The notes: generated by a model not told the origin, from the letters alone. Shown: positions 1 to 12,152, numbered from the stretch's first letter. The stretch: 64,000 nt of DNA from an uncultured Nitrososphaeraceae archaeon (GCA_963825865.1 CAWGVG010000013.1:71931-135930), one strand, 5' to 3'. Made by a program: numbers and translations.

Positions 1-1107
1 GCTTCAATATATCAACTATTTTATCTGCGGAAGATCCATCTCCATAGGGACAAATATTTTTTGGGTGTTCTAATGTTCTAATTCTTTTGATGCCTTCAAG
101 AATAGTATGATAATCTAGCTTGCACAGTTTTGCATGTCCAGATAGTATGGATTCTGGTCTCTCTGTAGAACTACGTAAAACCAACGCATGCTTGTTTATG
201 TACGGAGAAGTTATTTCTTCTTGTACTTCCTCCAGAATCAGTAATTACAAATTCGCACATTTTAAGCAGCCTTAAAAAATCAAAGTAGTTGACAGGTGGA
301 ATGACTTTGTTTGGCATAAGATGCTCCAGATTGAATTCATTAATTCGCTTTACAGTACGTGGATGCATAGGACATATACAATCAAGTCGCGACGTAGATA
401 ATGCAGTCAATATACATTTTAGAGAATCACGGTTGTCTACATTTTCTTCCCTGTGAAGAGTTAAGAGAACGAAACTGGATGGATTATTTTTTAATTTAAC
501 GCATTCTGAAAAAAAACCTTGCCTGTTAGTATTATCGTCATGATAGGTGTTACTTTCGACTAGGGGCATACATAGCTTAACAGCATCTATTACGGTATTT
601 CCCACTAAATGTACAGTCCCACAAATTCGTTCATTTGCCAAGTTGTTTGATGATATGATCGTTGGAGAAAATAGGATATCTGATATATGATCGACCATTC
701 TTCTATTATATTCTTCAAGCATTCTCCAATCATTACTTCTTAAGCCTGCTTCAAGATGTATAATTGGAAGTTTTAGCCTTGTTGCTGTTAATGCACTTGC
801 AGCCACACTGTTAGTATCGCCAACGACAAGTACCTGATAAGGGAGGCTTTAATTGTTGGAGAATATTGCTAACACCGGTCATCATTTCTGCAAATTGTTC
901 TGGAGATCCTGATGGTCTTGTTAATTTAATGCTATAATCTGGCTTTCGAATTTTAAAGTCTTTGAGAAATTTAAGAAATAATTCATAGTCATAATGCTGG
1001 CCAGTATGGATGAATTTATAATCGATTCCATTTAATTCAAATAATCGAATAACCGGAAACATTTTTATTAATTCGGGTCTCGTACCTGTTATAACTGCAA
1101 ATGTCAT
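1..1107 (-). CDS. wecB: UDP-N-acetylglucosamine 2-epimerase (non-hydrolysing), copy 1; frameshifts near 810 and 230; runs off window start
   Basis: GTRPELIK, HTGQHYD, HLEAGLRS, TLHREENVD, TDSGG and PYGDG motifs across ORFs 811-1407, 171-806 and the frame below 170. Confidence 0.9.
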
Positions 1108-1562
1108 GTTGTCGTTACTAACTTTTATTCTAAAAGCTTGATGAACAAGTTTATTATTTTTATTATTTTTAGATGATTGAAAATTTTCCATATTATTTCT
1201 TGCTCGTCCAAATACTACTACTGTTGTTGATACAACCCCCACAATATGCTCATCTTCTAATTTTCCATAAATAATATTGTCAATAGCAACAAAAGTCTGT
1301 CCTTCTGTTATTGTAACAAGGGGCATAGCTGTTAATGGTAATACTTCAAATGATACCACTGTAATAGAGGTAGCCGCTACTACTATGCCAAAAAATATAC
1401 ATTTCATAATAGTATGTCCAAAAACTATTGCTCATTAAATATTCCATTAAAGATCCTTGCCAAGGCACTAGGATAAATATAACTAATTTTTATATAAAGA
1501 TCACTAATATTATGCTATTATTTATAATAAACATATATGAATAAAATTATACAAAAATATGA

Positions 1563-1812
1563 TAAGCGTTGCGGCAAGTTAACCCATAACTGGAATCCAT
1601 GTAATCTTCCCCACACGAACAAATTCTTTATCTGGCATTTCAGAATGAACAACACCTGCTCCTGCAGTCATCCATTGTACATCACCTGGTCCAAGCTTGC
1701 CTGAGTTTCATCTAGAATCTTTATCGTCAAATCTACCTTCAAGCATGTACGTTACAGTCTCAAATCCCCGGTGAGGATGATCGGGTGCTCCTTTTGCTTC
1801 TCCTGGTTGGCT
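1563..1812 (-). pseudogene. Pirin-family internal fragment
   Basis: Manual translation [19 protein letters not shown]...[20 protein letters not shown]...[10 protein letters not shown]; no N- or C-terminal part, broken frame. Confidence 0.8.
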
Positions 1813-2483
1813 GTTGATGTTGTGCTACAAACAAACGTTTAAACTCTTCAAATTTCAAATCTTATTTTGAAAACTATAGCATTAAACTCAATATATTTTA
1901 ATTACTATGATACTACTGAAACTAAACATGATAGAGGATGAATGCCTGTGTCTTTTTATAAACTGCTTTTCAATGTCCGGCTATGTCTCTCCAACATACA
2001 AAAGTTATGATTTTAGATAATGCCCCTGATGCCACTAGTTTTTCTCAACACTTGTTATGTTAATAGATGGCTATTGACTTTGCAGGAGCGGATGAGGATT
2101 TTGTTGTTGTTCCATCAAATGAGGGTGATAAGAATGGTGTACTACTGCTAAAAGGTGGATTCATATGTAATTCCCATTGTTATTTCATTTACTAGTTTAT
2201 TGTAAAGTTTTTCAGCCTCATTCAATAACATAGCTGTGTAATGCTCAGTAAAGTAATCTTGTGATGATATGGACTGTTGTCGTTATGGATTGTTGTCGCC
2301 GTTTACCCATGGTAGTTAGAAGTCGTTTGTACACAGTTTTACAACCAGCACGTATCTGGTATATGGTTAATTGAATGCCTCATCAGATGTAGATTGAGGC
2401 ATACCTAATCGGTCTTCTCTCCCCAATGATCTAACTAAAAGGTAAAGTGTAAAATTATCGTATAATCAATTAACTATTTACAA

Positions 2484-3720
2484 CTACTTTTCCTTTTCGT
2501 AAAGGTAGTTTGGTTCTGTTACAAAGAATGGGGAAGCGATTATTTTCCTATATTCTTCAACGGTTCTAGACGAGGAATCTAATTTTAGGTTGATCTCACC
2601 ATTTAATCCAGGTAAACATACAATAGGTACAGTCATTCCATTTTTCATTCCAATAACTTATAGCTTTAATTCGTGTGTATTTTCCACTTTCGATCGATTG
2701 TAATGCATCTTGGATCCAAGCAGTCTTATTTCCTTGAGAAGGATCCTCTAGAACACCAAATTCGAAAACAGCAAGTGGCTTTTTAAGAGAAATCGATGAA
2801 AGTTCAGGGTATGCACCATCAAGTATATTTGTAAAAGAATTCCAATTCGTACCTCGATCAAAGGCTCCATAAACGCTGATTCCTATCCAATCAATATAAT
2901 TATCGCCAGGATAATAATTAATCAAGTTGTTCCAAGATTGATGTATCTCCTTTGTTTCTCCTGTTTCTTGCGGTGGATAAACATGAAAAGCCCATGTTAT
3001 ATTTCTTACACCTTCTTTTCTGAATAAATCTATTATATGTCTATAAGCATCTCTAAATCTTTCTGGGCCATCAGGATAATTAGGATCTCCATATCCATTT
3101 GTTTTGCTTCCACCATTAAGTATTCCACTCCATGGAAACCACCCGCCGTTAACTTCTGTTCCAAATTCAACCATTATCGGGATACCAACTCTTTTTGCAT
3201 CTTGAGCCCACCTTTTCAAATCAATGTCAAATTTCCCATCAATAAAACCCTGTAGGGTATATATTGGATCTGCTACACCGTCTGTGAAAGTAGTACGAGG
3301 CATCATCCTAACAAAAGGTATAACGCCTACGCTGTGAATGGACCTGACAGCTGTCTCTGGAAATTTTATTCCTGATCCCCAATTATTAGAAAAATATGCC
3401 CATACAATTTTTTTTCCTACCATCTTTTCATAATCAATAATTTTTTGTGAAGTCACTTCATCTTCAGCACCTCCAAAATCTGTAAGAGCGCTATGATAAA
3501 CGCCTCTAGTTGGTGGACCAACTTTTATAGACAAAGCCGACATGTTTTGGTAAATACTAGTCTCATTTTTCATACTTGTGCCCATAGGATTAGTGTTATT
3601 TTCGTGCCCTATGGTTACACTACCTGCTCGTATAGTTCTAACAAGTATCCCTCCCGACGATAACAATAACGATACGGCAGTAGCAGTAAAAATAATCATC
3701 ATCCTATCTCTTCCGGACAT
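2484..3720 (-). CDS. Secreted GH26-like glycoside hydrolase; C-terminal frameshift near 2600
   Basis: Hydrophobic N-terminus; EVNGGWFPW, YYPGDNYIDWIGISVY, KPLAVFEFG; frame continues ...IIASPFFVTEPNYLYEKEK* to 2484. Confidence 0.75.
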
Positions 3721-4074
3721 TAAAAACTTCTTTTAATTGTAGTCTCTATTATATATATTTCCTTCCATGTGCTTTTATTTCATTATCTGGTTAAATCAAT
3801 CCATATTAGTATATCCTTAGACCCTAATGACCTCCACCAATGGATAATAAGATAATGTGTGTGTATATTTTTAAAATAATACAAAGGAAGAGGGGGATTT
3901 GTATACTAACATACTATCAACAAATGGTAGAGCTTGATTTCACCAACCATTTGTTCAAGTAAATTTTCACATCGCATATAGCAAAAGGATTCTTGTGTTT
4001 AAAATACAGGAGAATATACTCAGTATAAATAATCATTATATCTAAATAGATAGTATTCATCCATTTGATGGAAG

Positions 4075-5947
4075 TTGAGCATAAGCAGAGGATATCATTG
4101 TCAGAAAAAGAGAGGAATAGCTGTTTATGCAACAGCGATATTTTTGTTGTCAGTTATAGTCTTTAATCTGAATCCTACTGTACTTGTGATTCATGCTGAC
4201 AAAGATCACAATAGCAATGATCAAAAAGTTAAGAATAAATCATTAATCGGTGACATCTCTGATAATGTAGTAAGTCTTGGAAATACTAAGGATGCTTTAA
4301 AACAAGTACTTCAACAAATACAAACACAAATAGCTCTGACATCTGGTCAAGCCAAAGCAACCAAAGCAATTAATCAAATAAATTCAATTATTGACTTAAA
4401 CCCTAACGGTCATTTATCGCAGTCATTATTATCTCTTGCAAAGCAACAAGCAGCTGGTAACACAACTGCTGTCACAAAGGTCTGCAGAACAAATTGCAGG
4501 AAAAGTGTCTAGTGGTGGTGATGATTTGGGACAGCCATTCGCAGTAGCACAACAAGCAGGTACATCTTCTTTTCCTTCTTCTCAGTTATCATCTATATTG
4601 CCACAAGGAACGCTAACCTCAAGTCAGCTACAGCAGAAAGCTCGAATTCAACTCAATAATAATAAGGGTAATCCTAGTAGCATTAGTAGTCAAATTGCTT
4701 CCAGTGCTCCTCTACACGTATTTACCTCTTTGCCATCTCGACAATTAGCAATTGATAATCCTCCAGTAGCTGATGTTGGACATCCTGGTCCAGATCAAAA
4801 TGTTAATGAAAGCTCTATTGTTACACTCGATGGAAGTGCAAGTTATGATCCAGATGGAAATCCACTGACATATTTATGGACACAGACTGCCGGTCCTTTT
4901 GTTACGTTAAGTAATGCTACTTCTACCATAACTACATTTACGGCTCCACAAACTCTATCGGCAAATATAGCACCGCTTACGTTTCAATTGACCGTTAAAA
5001 ACACAGGTGGTTTAACTGGTAGTGACACAGTCCATGTTATAGTAAATCATGTAACTGCACCACCACCATCCAATGGTATAATCCAAGGCGCTATGACTGA
5101 TGAATTTGGTCATGAGGACGGTAATGCAAATTTGGTAAATGCGTTTAACAATCTGGCTGGAAAAAAGATAGGTGTTGCATTTTTTAGCGATAACTGGTTT
5201 AATGGAATACATTTTCCTTTTGATAAATGCATTTCCATTAGAACTACCGGTGCTGTTCCTTTTATCAGAATACAAAACTGGATTAGGGAAGGAAATAAAC
5301 TTTCTGATGCCGGGCCATATACCCACAAAAATATCATAGCAGGAATGTTCGATACTGAGTTAAGAGCATATGCGCAAGCAGCCAAAAGTTTTGGAACGAC
5401 ATTGATAATAGAATATGGGGTAGAAGTAAATGGTAATTGGTTCCCTTGGAGCCAGGAAGGACCAGAGCCTTACAAGGCAGCATACAGACATATTGTAAAC
5501 CTTTTCAGAGAACAGGGTGTTACAAATGTAAGATGGGCGTTCCATGTTGACGCTACAGACAACAATAATGGCTACAAATGGTACCCTGGTGATGATATCA
5601 TAGATTGGATTGGAACTAGTTGTTATGGCGCTGAAACAAAGAAAGGCTGTATTAGAACCTTACAAAATATCTACGATTCATTTGCCAGTATTTCAACCAC
5701 AAAACCGCTAAGCATCTTTGAATGGGGCATAGGTGATGCAACAGATACAACAAATACACTTCATGCCTTAGCTACAGACCCTAGATATTCGAGGATAAAA
5801 TTACTACAGGTTTGGAATGAGGGTGTTGTCCCAGGTCACCCCGAGGACTTAGTTCCTGACGGAAGGATCAACGTAACTCCACAAAACCTTCAAGCCTATC
5901 GCCAAGGCATTGCAAATCAAGTCTATCTGTCGGCATATCATGATTAA
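4075..5947 (+). CDS. Secreted protein: helical N-terminus, Ser/Gln linker, PKD-like domain and GH26-like hydrolase; frameshift near 4480
   Basis: Signal-like segment; GPDQNVNE..VTLDGSASYDPDG (PKD); EVNGNWFPW, WYPGDDIIDWIG, KPLSIFEWG. Confidence 0.75.
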
Positions 5948-6378
5948 CTGTTGTTGTACTTCCAGGTAGGTGGTTGACAAAAAGATGTATTAACATACCT
6001 GACACTTTTTTCTTGCCATTTCTTTTCATCATCTTCTTGATGCTTTACCATAAAACTGATAATGCAATTTTGATTTACTTTATTTAATATGGGCATTTAG
6101 CTACTATGGCATTAAAATACAAGCTTCAATCTCTGTAATGTCATATTAATTTCTAGGAAACAAGAGATCTTATGATTAAAATCAATGTAACCAGATCCAG
6201 TGAAATAAGCAATCACGAATTTTTTATTACTGGGGGCAGCGATACAAACAATTAGGCAAGAATATTCTACTACCATTCATGATATTAAATTTGCTAACTG
6301 TGTCATATCCTTTACATATTCTATCACAAGATTCAATACCAAGAACAATGAGAGTATTAGATTGTTAGGGCGATAATA

Positions 6379-7023
6379 ATGATGATTATGGCGAAAACAA
6401 GTATACTATTCACTTTTACATTATTTCTCGTTTCAGGTATAGGTTTGTCTTTTTTCAACAGCACACCTGTTTATTCTCAGCTGGGATCCCCACTGGTTGA
6501 CAATAACAGCTTGTTGGAACAACAGAGAATAGGTACCAACAATATTCTCAATTTTCCAGATGTAAACCTTGTATATGGTAATGGTAATAATGCATCGCTA
6601 GATTTAGAGTTCATACTCTTGGGAGATAACCCAAGCATTCCCGGCCAACATAATGTAGCCATCGCAAATCCTGATTATGGATTATCCGTACCCATTCCAG
6701 CGCTAAGGGTTGGAGAGAATATTACTATAAATTCGACTACCGACCAAGACATAAAGTACAGTTCAGCGCTCGTAGTATTTGTACCAATAACTTCACCCTT
6801 TCCGCCAACCAACATGAGTATCGAAGATGTTGATCCTGAATCCGACTTAGCACTTTCTAATCCAATCAATTTCGGAACATATGGGAGTAATTACGGCAGT
6901 TTAGTGATACCACCAACAATAAGTCCAGGATATTATCTCTTCTATACATATCTTCAATATCCTACATACAATATGACTGCAGTATACAATACGGCTGTGC
7001 AGGTGACAAACAGCAGCGGATGA
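6379..7023 (+). CDS. Secreted protein of unknown function (paralogue of 10569-11193)
   Basis: 214 aa ORF, signal-peptide-like N-terminus, clear similarity to 10569-11193. Confidence 0.75.
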   Translation: MMIMAKTSILFTFTLFLVSGIGLSFFNSTPVYSQLGSPLVDNNSLLEQQRIGTNNILNFPDVNLVYGNGNNASLDLEFILLGDNPSIPGQHNVAIANPDYGLSVPIPALRVGENITINSTTDQDIKYSSALVVFVPITSPFPPTNMSIEDVDPESDLALSNPINFGTYGSNYGSLVIPPTISPGYYLFYTYLQYPTYNMTAVYNTAVQVTNSSG

Positions 7024-7263
7024 ACAAGACCATATTTTTTTCACCTCTTGATTATAATACGCATAATCAAACCAAAACTCCTGTTTTAAATAGCTCGTAT
7101 GAATTCTATCCTTGAACAGCCAAAATTATTTTAAGAAATATAGTGGAAGCCCCAAAGAACATTCGTCATTATGAAGACAGAAATTAAGCCAATAGAATAG
7201 TTGAAATTCAAGCATCCTATAATAACTCAGAATTCAAAAGCATGTTTATTGTCATGTCTCATC

Positions 7264-8533
7264 CTACGTTTCTCTTAGGAGTTCATTTAAAGCTGTTTCC
7301 GATTGAAGGAGTGTTAAACTCCTGTAAAGTCGTTTGATTATACATATGTACTCTATCCATTTATTATTTTTCTCTTCAAATTCCTTTCTTTTTGTCCAAA
7401 GCCTTAATGCTTGCATTGTGAACATAGTGCACCAGCTACAAGCAGTATCTAAAGAAAGATGATACCTTATTGCTCCTCGATCCACTCCTTCAGGGATATA
7501 AAAGTCTAAAAGTCTTGAATGTATCTTATCAGTAAGATCGTCTATAGACTCAGAAGAATTTTTAATTAATTCTTGTATTCGTGATCGACATAACATTAAG
7601 AGACGCAGCAATTGAGCCATACAATCGGATTGCTCTATTGACTTTTCTGCGGTATTCCTTGGCAATCCCCCAGTCGACGGATTTACTTGTTTCATTGCCC
7701 ATATAACACCTTTTATGCCTGCTGAGATATAACTTTCATTGGACTGCCTGATTCCCCCACATATGAGACCTTCACAGGCATACAAATGGGGATGAAGGTA
7801 TGTTATATTTTCCTGATCAGGATTTGTTATAAATCGACCATCAGCCTGTTGGAATTTTAGAGCAAATCTACAAAGCGAATCGGATACTTTGGCATAATGG
7901 TCGTTACTAGTCAAACGTGATAACTCTAATAAACACAAGGATAATTTAGATTGATATGCCCCAGAAACGGTTGACCATTTGACACCGACGCTTCCAGTAC
8001 TATCCCTAGTTACAGCGTTATAGAAATTATCTAAAACGGGAACTAATTTTGAGCCCTCAAAGAATCTTTCAATTAATGATTTTGCCATACTCTCTGGCAG
8101 CTATCAAAAGATTTCGATCCTTTGTAATTTTATAAACGTTCAACAACCCTATTATGACCATTCCGTTATCAAATGCATAAATCTGCTTTGATAAATCCCC
8201 TTTTTGATCGAACTTGTCAGCCTCTATAATCCCTGCTGGCAGTAAGAAAGATGATGACGCATTTAAATTTTGGATTAACCAGTTTGCAGAATCCTTGGCA
8301 GCGTGCAGAGCTTCAGGTTGGGACAATTCTGAGTAAATGTATATCAATGATGTTAAAGCATAGCCTGTAATTTCAATATATATAAAAGGGTACGAGGGCG
8401 GATTCAGATTTTTCCAACCGTAAACAGCTCCTCTTCTGGGGCCATCTTTTATTCTAATGCCCGAGTAAAGTAACCATCTAATATTGTCATTAAAAACTTC
8501 TCTGGATTTTTCCTCTAGTCTATTTCGAATCAT
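7264..8533 (-). CDS. Putative (alpha/alpha)-barrel sugar-modifying protein; frameshift near 8085
   Basis: YIEITGY, YAFDNGM, QQADGRF, LHPHLYACEGL and SWCTMFTMQAL; helical repeats resembling AGE-epimerase/prenyltransferase-like barrels. Confidence 0.55.
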
Positions 8534-8863
8534 CTAATCTTTAATGTACGTTGACACCATTATAATTACTATTGTACAAAAACAATGCATAACCTTGAAC
8601 GCCAACCAATGTAATGTACCATCTAATTACTTTTCGTCTGATAATGATACTTTATAATTTGATATACATTCAATTAATAACTTTATAATCATGGAACAAT
8701 CTTGATTTATCTTCGAATCCGTCACAGACGTAGCTTTGTTCCGTAAGAATGTTTATCATATCCGCCAGTATATGTCAACACACTGGTAACACTACAGCAG
8801 ATATCAAAAATCATGAAAGAGTAATAGAAACAAGAGGAGTTGTTGGGAGTTATTAAAACTTAG

Positions 8864-8897
8864 TTAACATGGTTAATCGGAGCTTTAACTATGTTAA
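8864..8897. promoter_or_regulatory. Tandem TTAAC-N3-GTTAA palindromes (putative operator)
   Basis: ttaacATGgttaa 8864-8876 and ttaacTATgttaa 8885-8897 between divergent genes. Confidence 0.5.
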
Positions 8898-9080
8898 TTA
8901 ATCTTTAATAAACAAAATTTATTTTATGATTCTGGATGGATAGAAGAACCAACAATATTGACAATATTTGTCTAAGCAGCATTTGTAACAATTCTCACAG
9001 CAGAACATTTGTGGTTAATCCTCAATGTACAAAAAAGCAGGAAATTTGATTTCATAGGAAAGATTGGTAAAGGATAAAGA

Positions 9081-10230
9081 TTGACATTCGCATTGATAAC
9101 AGGCACAAGGCCTGAAATAATAAAAATGTATCCTCTTATGAGATTATTTGATCTAAAAGGAATCGATTATAAATTTATCCATACAGGTCAGCATCATGAC
9201 TATGAACTGTTCCTCAAGTTTATCGAAGATTTTAATATTCGAAAACCTGATTATAGTATCGATTTAACACCAGGTTCTGGGCCTATAGAACAATTTTCTG
9301 AAATGATGCCGAAGGTTGGTCGCGTTCTAAAGGAAGTTCAACCGTCATCAGTAATAGTTCAAGGGGACACCAACAGTGAAGTTGCTGCTGCATTAGCTCG
9401 CCATAAAGTCTAAAATTCCACTAATTCACCTCGAAGCGGGATTAAGAAGCTATGACTGGAGAACACCAGAGGAGTATAATCGGAGAATGGTGGACCATGT
9501 GTCAAATGTGCTACTTGCTCCGACCATCCAATCGGTAAGAAATTTAAAAAATGAACAGGTTCAAGGAAGAATATTCATGGTAGGAAACATGTCATAGATG
9601 CAGTCGGGTTATGCCTTCAATCGGATAGTACCTGAATATCGTCATCATAATAATAATAGTAATAGAGCAAGTATCCTAAACAAAATTAAATTAAAAATGG
9701 ATCCTGCCAATTGTGTGCTTTTAACTCTTCATAGAGAAGAGAATGTAGATAACCGCGATTCTTTAAAACAAATATTTAGTGCATTGTCTGATTCAGGTCT
9801 TTATTGTATCTGTCCTATGCATCCTCGTACTGTCAAAAGAATTCACGAATTTGGGCTTGAAGATCTCATTTCGAAGGCCATCAAAGTAATTGAACCAGTG
9901 GGCTATTTTGATTTTTTAACTCTTCTCAAAACTTGCAGGTTTGTGATTAGTGACTCCGGTGGAGTTCAGGAAGAAGTAACTTCTCCATATATAAATAAGC
10001 ATGCCTTGGTCTTACGCAAGTCTACAGAGAGGCCCGAGTCCGTTCTATCTGGCCATACCGTAATGTGCGATGTAGATTATTATAAGATTAGGACGTCAAT
10101 TAGGAAAATTGAAGCAGGAGAACTCCCAGAAAAAAAAGTTGGAAGTCCCTATGGTAGTGGGAATTCAGCAGAGAAAATAGTCGAAATACTTGAAAAGGAA
10201 TCTCTCTTGCCAAAAATACTGGTAGTTTGA
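9081..10230 (+). CDS. wecB: UDP-N-acetylglucosamine 2-epimerase, copy 2; frameshifts near 9400 and 9595
   Basis: GTRPEIIK, VQGDTNS, HLEAGLRS (intervening frame), SDSGGVQEE, TERPE, PYGSG. Confidence 0.9.
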
Positions 10231-10568
10231 ATCAGGTTAACCCATTATTGTTACCGTAGCTGTTAAGTTTATTGTTCATTATAATTGCAGTCTTAAGGCA
10301 TTTAGAGGAGGATTATAATTTGCAGATTAATCTGTCAGATAACAACTACAATTACAACAACAAAACAACGTGCGTGAACAAAATCCACAGGATTGTTGTC
10401 ATACAATGCTCTTGATATATTAAATTACTTGAATATTACAAATCCCTCGTATCCACCTTTACGATATAATCAAAAAGATTTGGCAGCAGTCTATCCATGG
10501 ATTTATTAAAGATTATGGGGTATGTTATATTATCTCACAAACATCACCTTGCTCTAACTACTAAATTT

Positions 10569-11193
10569 TTATTGCTTTGCTACGGTCACTTCATTGCTGA
10601 ATACCCCTGTGACACCGTAAGGATAATGTAGATACACATATAGAATATAATTCCCTGGCTGTGTAATTTGCGGTATAACAAAATTACCACTAGTATCATT
10701 ATTATAATTTCCAAGATTCGACTGGTTGGCCTATTTGCATATCATCCTCAGGATCAATATCTGATAGAGACACATTGCTGGGAGTAAATAGTATTGGCGC
10801 TAATTTTACATTAGCTGTGATATATCTAATATCTTGATCAGAAGTTGAATTTATTTTAAAATTTTGTCCCACAATCAGTTTTGGAATAGGTATAGATAAT
10901 GAATAATTTGGATTCACTATTGCCACGCTGGTCTGATTACTGTTTCCTGAATTGTTATGCATTAGTACAAATTCTTCATCAAGCGAAGCGATGGATTGAC
11001 CATTGATATCTGTCATATTTACTGCTGGAAATGAGAGAATAGTGCTTGTTCCTAGCCTTTGTGGTTCTGATAACGTGTTCTGGTCTGTTTGAGCAAAAAC
11101 ATACTCATATTTGAAAAATGGCAAGATTGGAGCCATAACAAAAGCCAAAGCAAGATATAACGCTATTGCTGACACTACTATTTGTAAGTACAT
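10569..11193 (-). CDS. Secreted protein of unknown function (paralogue of 6379-7023); frameshift near 10710
   Basis: Shared blocks QRxGT..IL.FP.VN, VAI.NP.Y.LS.PIP.L.VG, INST.DQDI.Y, D.DPE.D; C-terminus GNFVIP..PGNYILYVYLHYP..AKQ* in the next frame. Confidence 0.75.
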
Positions 11194-11229
11194 TATCTCA
11201 GTTCTTCACACATGCCTAATAAACTTGAG

Positions 11230-11255
11230 TTAACCATGTAAATTAACAACGTTAA
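11230..11255. promoter_or_regulatory. Tandem TTAAC-N3-GTTAA palindromes (putative operator)
   Basis: ttaacCATgtaaa 11230-11242 (1 mismatch) and ttaacAACgttaa 11243-11255, 37-62 bp upstream of the 11193 start. Confidence 0.5.
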
Positions 11256-11694
11256 CAATGCATCACGTGGTTAGAGTATGTGTACTAGAATTACGATTAC
11301 AGTATAATGAGCTTCGATTGATTACACTATCTATACTATAGTCGCTACAGTTACTTTTTATTTCTACGAATCACATATATATGAGATTCATAATGGTAGA
11401 TAGGGATTATTGCAAGTCAGTCACATTTGCTATTAATAATACTAAAGAACATTGAATTCTAGCAAGACATTGTCTATTGTATTATATCATTGCTTTGAGA
11501 ATGTTAATTTTATGTATTTTCAAAAAACAGAGATAGATTTTGAATTATTCTACTTCAAAAGGCTGTGCACATATTTTTAGTGTTTAACGGATTACCAACT
11601 AATGGATTCTTAATCAGCCACAACAAATTTTTTGGGCTCAGCAACCCCTGACCCTAATTAGTGTTTGAACAATCTTAGGCTCCAATTCTGACGA

Positions 11695-11997
11695 CACACC
11701 ACTAATTAACTTTGCAAGGTTTCCAATCAATTTCCTGGGATTAGTCTTTTTAGCTACTTGTTGTTTGCAAGGTTACTTATGCCTTCCTTCATGCCTGCAT
11801 ATATATCTCCTCGCCTAACGATTAAAACTTGTCATTATAGTGTGACTTATGTAGCATATATACTATACCTGGCAGAACTTGCTCCCTATATCACCACATC
11901 TACCTTAGATAATTTTTTTCCAGTAATCTGGGAGCATTAAAAAGTGCCGCAAGGGCTATTACATCTATTCCATGCTGATCGTCGTGGGTCGTGGAAG
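11695..11997 (-). pseudogene. Degraded malic enzyme fragment, homologous to about 55061-55362
   Basis: Reverse complement reads HDDQHG..ALAALFNA.. and GDIYAG..GNLAKLI with stops and indels; nucleotide similarity to the malic enzyme gene in this window. Confidence 0.85.
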
Positions 11998-12152
11998 TTA
12001 CCTGAACTACTCTGGTTGTTGTGGATAGGGCATTTTTGTTACTCCCCATTGGGATATTTTGGAGCATATCCAATATCTAGTCGTAACGTCCATCAAGTTT
12101 CAACATGAATAACGATCATTGAACATTATACGTCTATGATTAGCATTTTGGT

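Noticed and set aside
2375-2402. atgcctca/tgaggcat hairpin downstream of the GH26 gene
   Set aside because: Single 8-bp stem with no other support
1273-8991. TATTGnCAATA and TTGTAACAA palindromes upstream of both wecB copies (1275, 1311; 8956, 8983)
   Set aside because: Very AT-rich, spacing and order differ, and TATTGACAATA also occurs inside the aminopeptidase CDS
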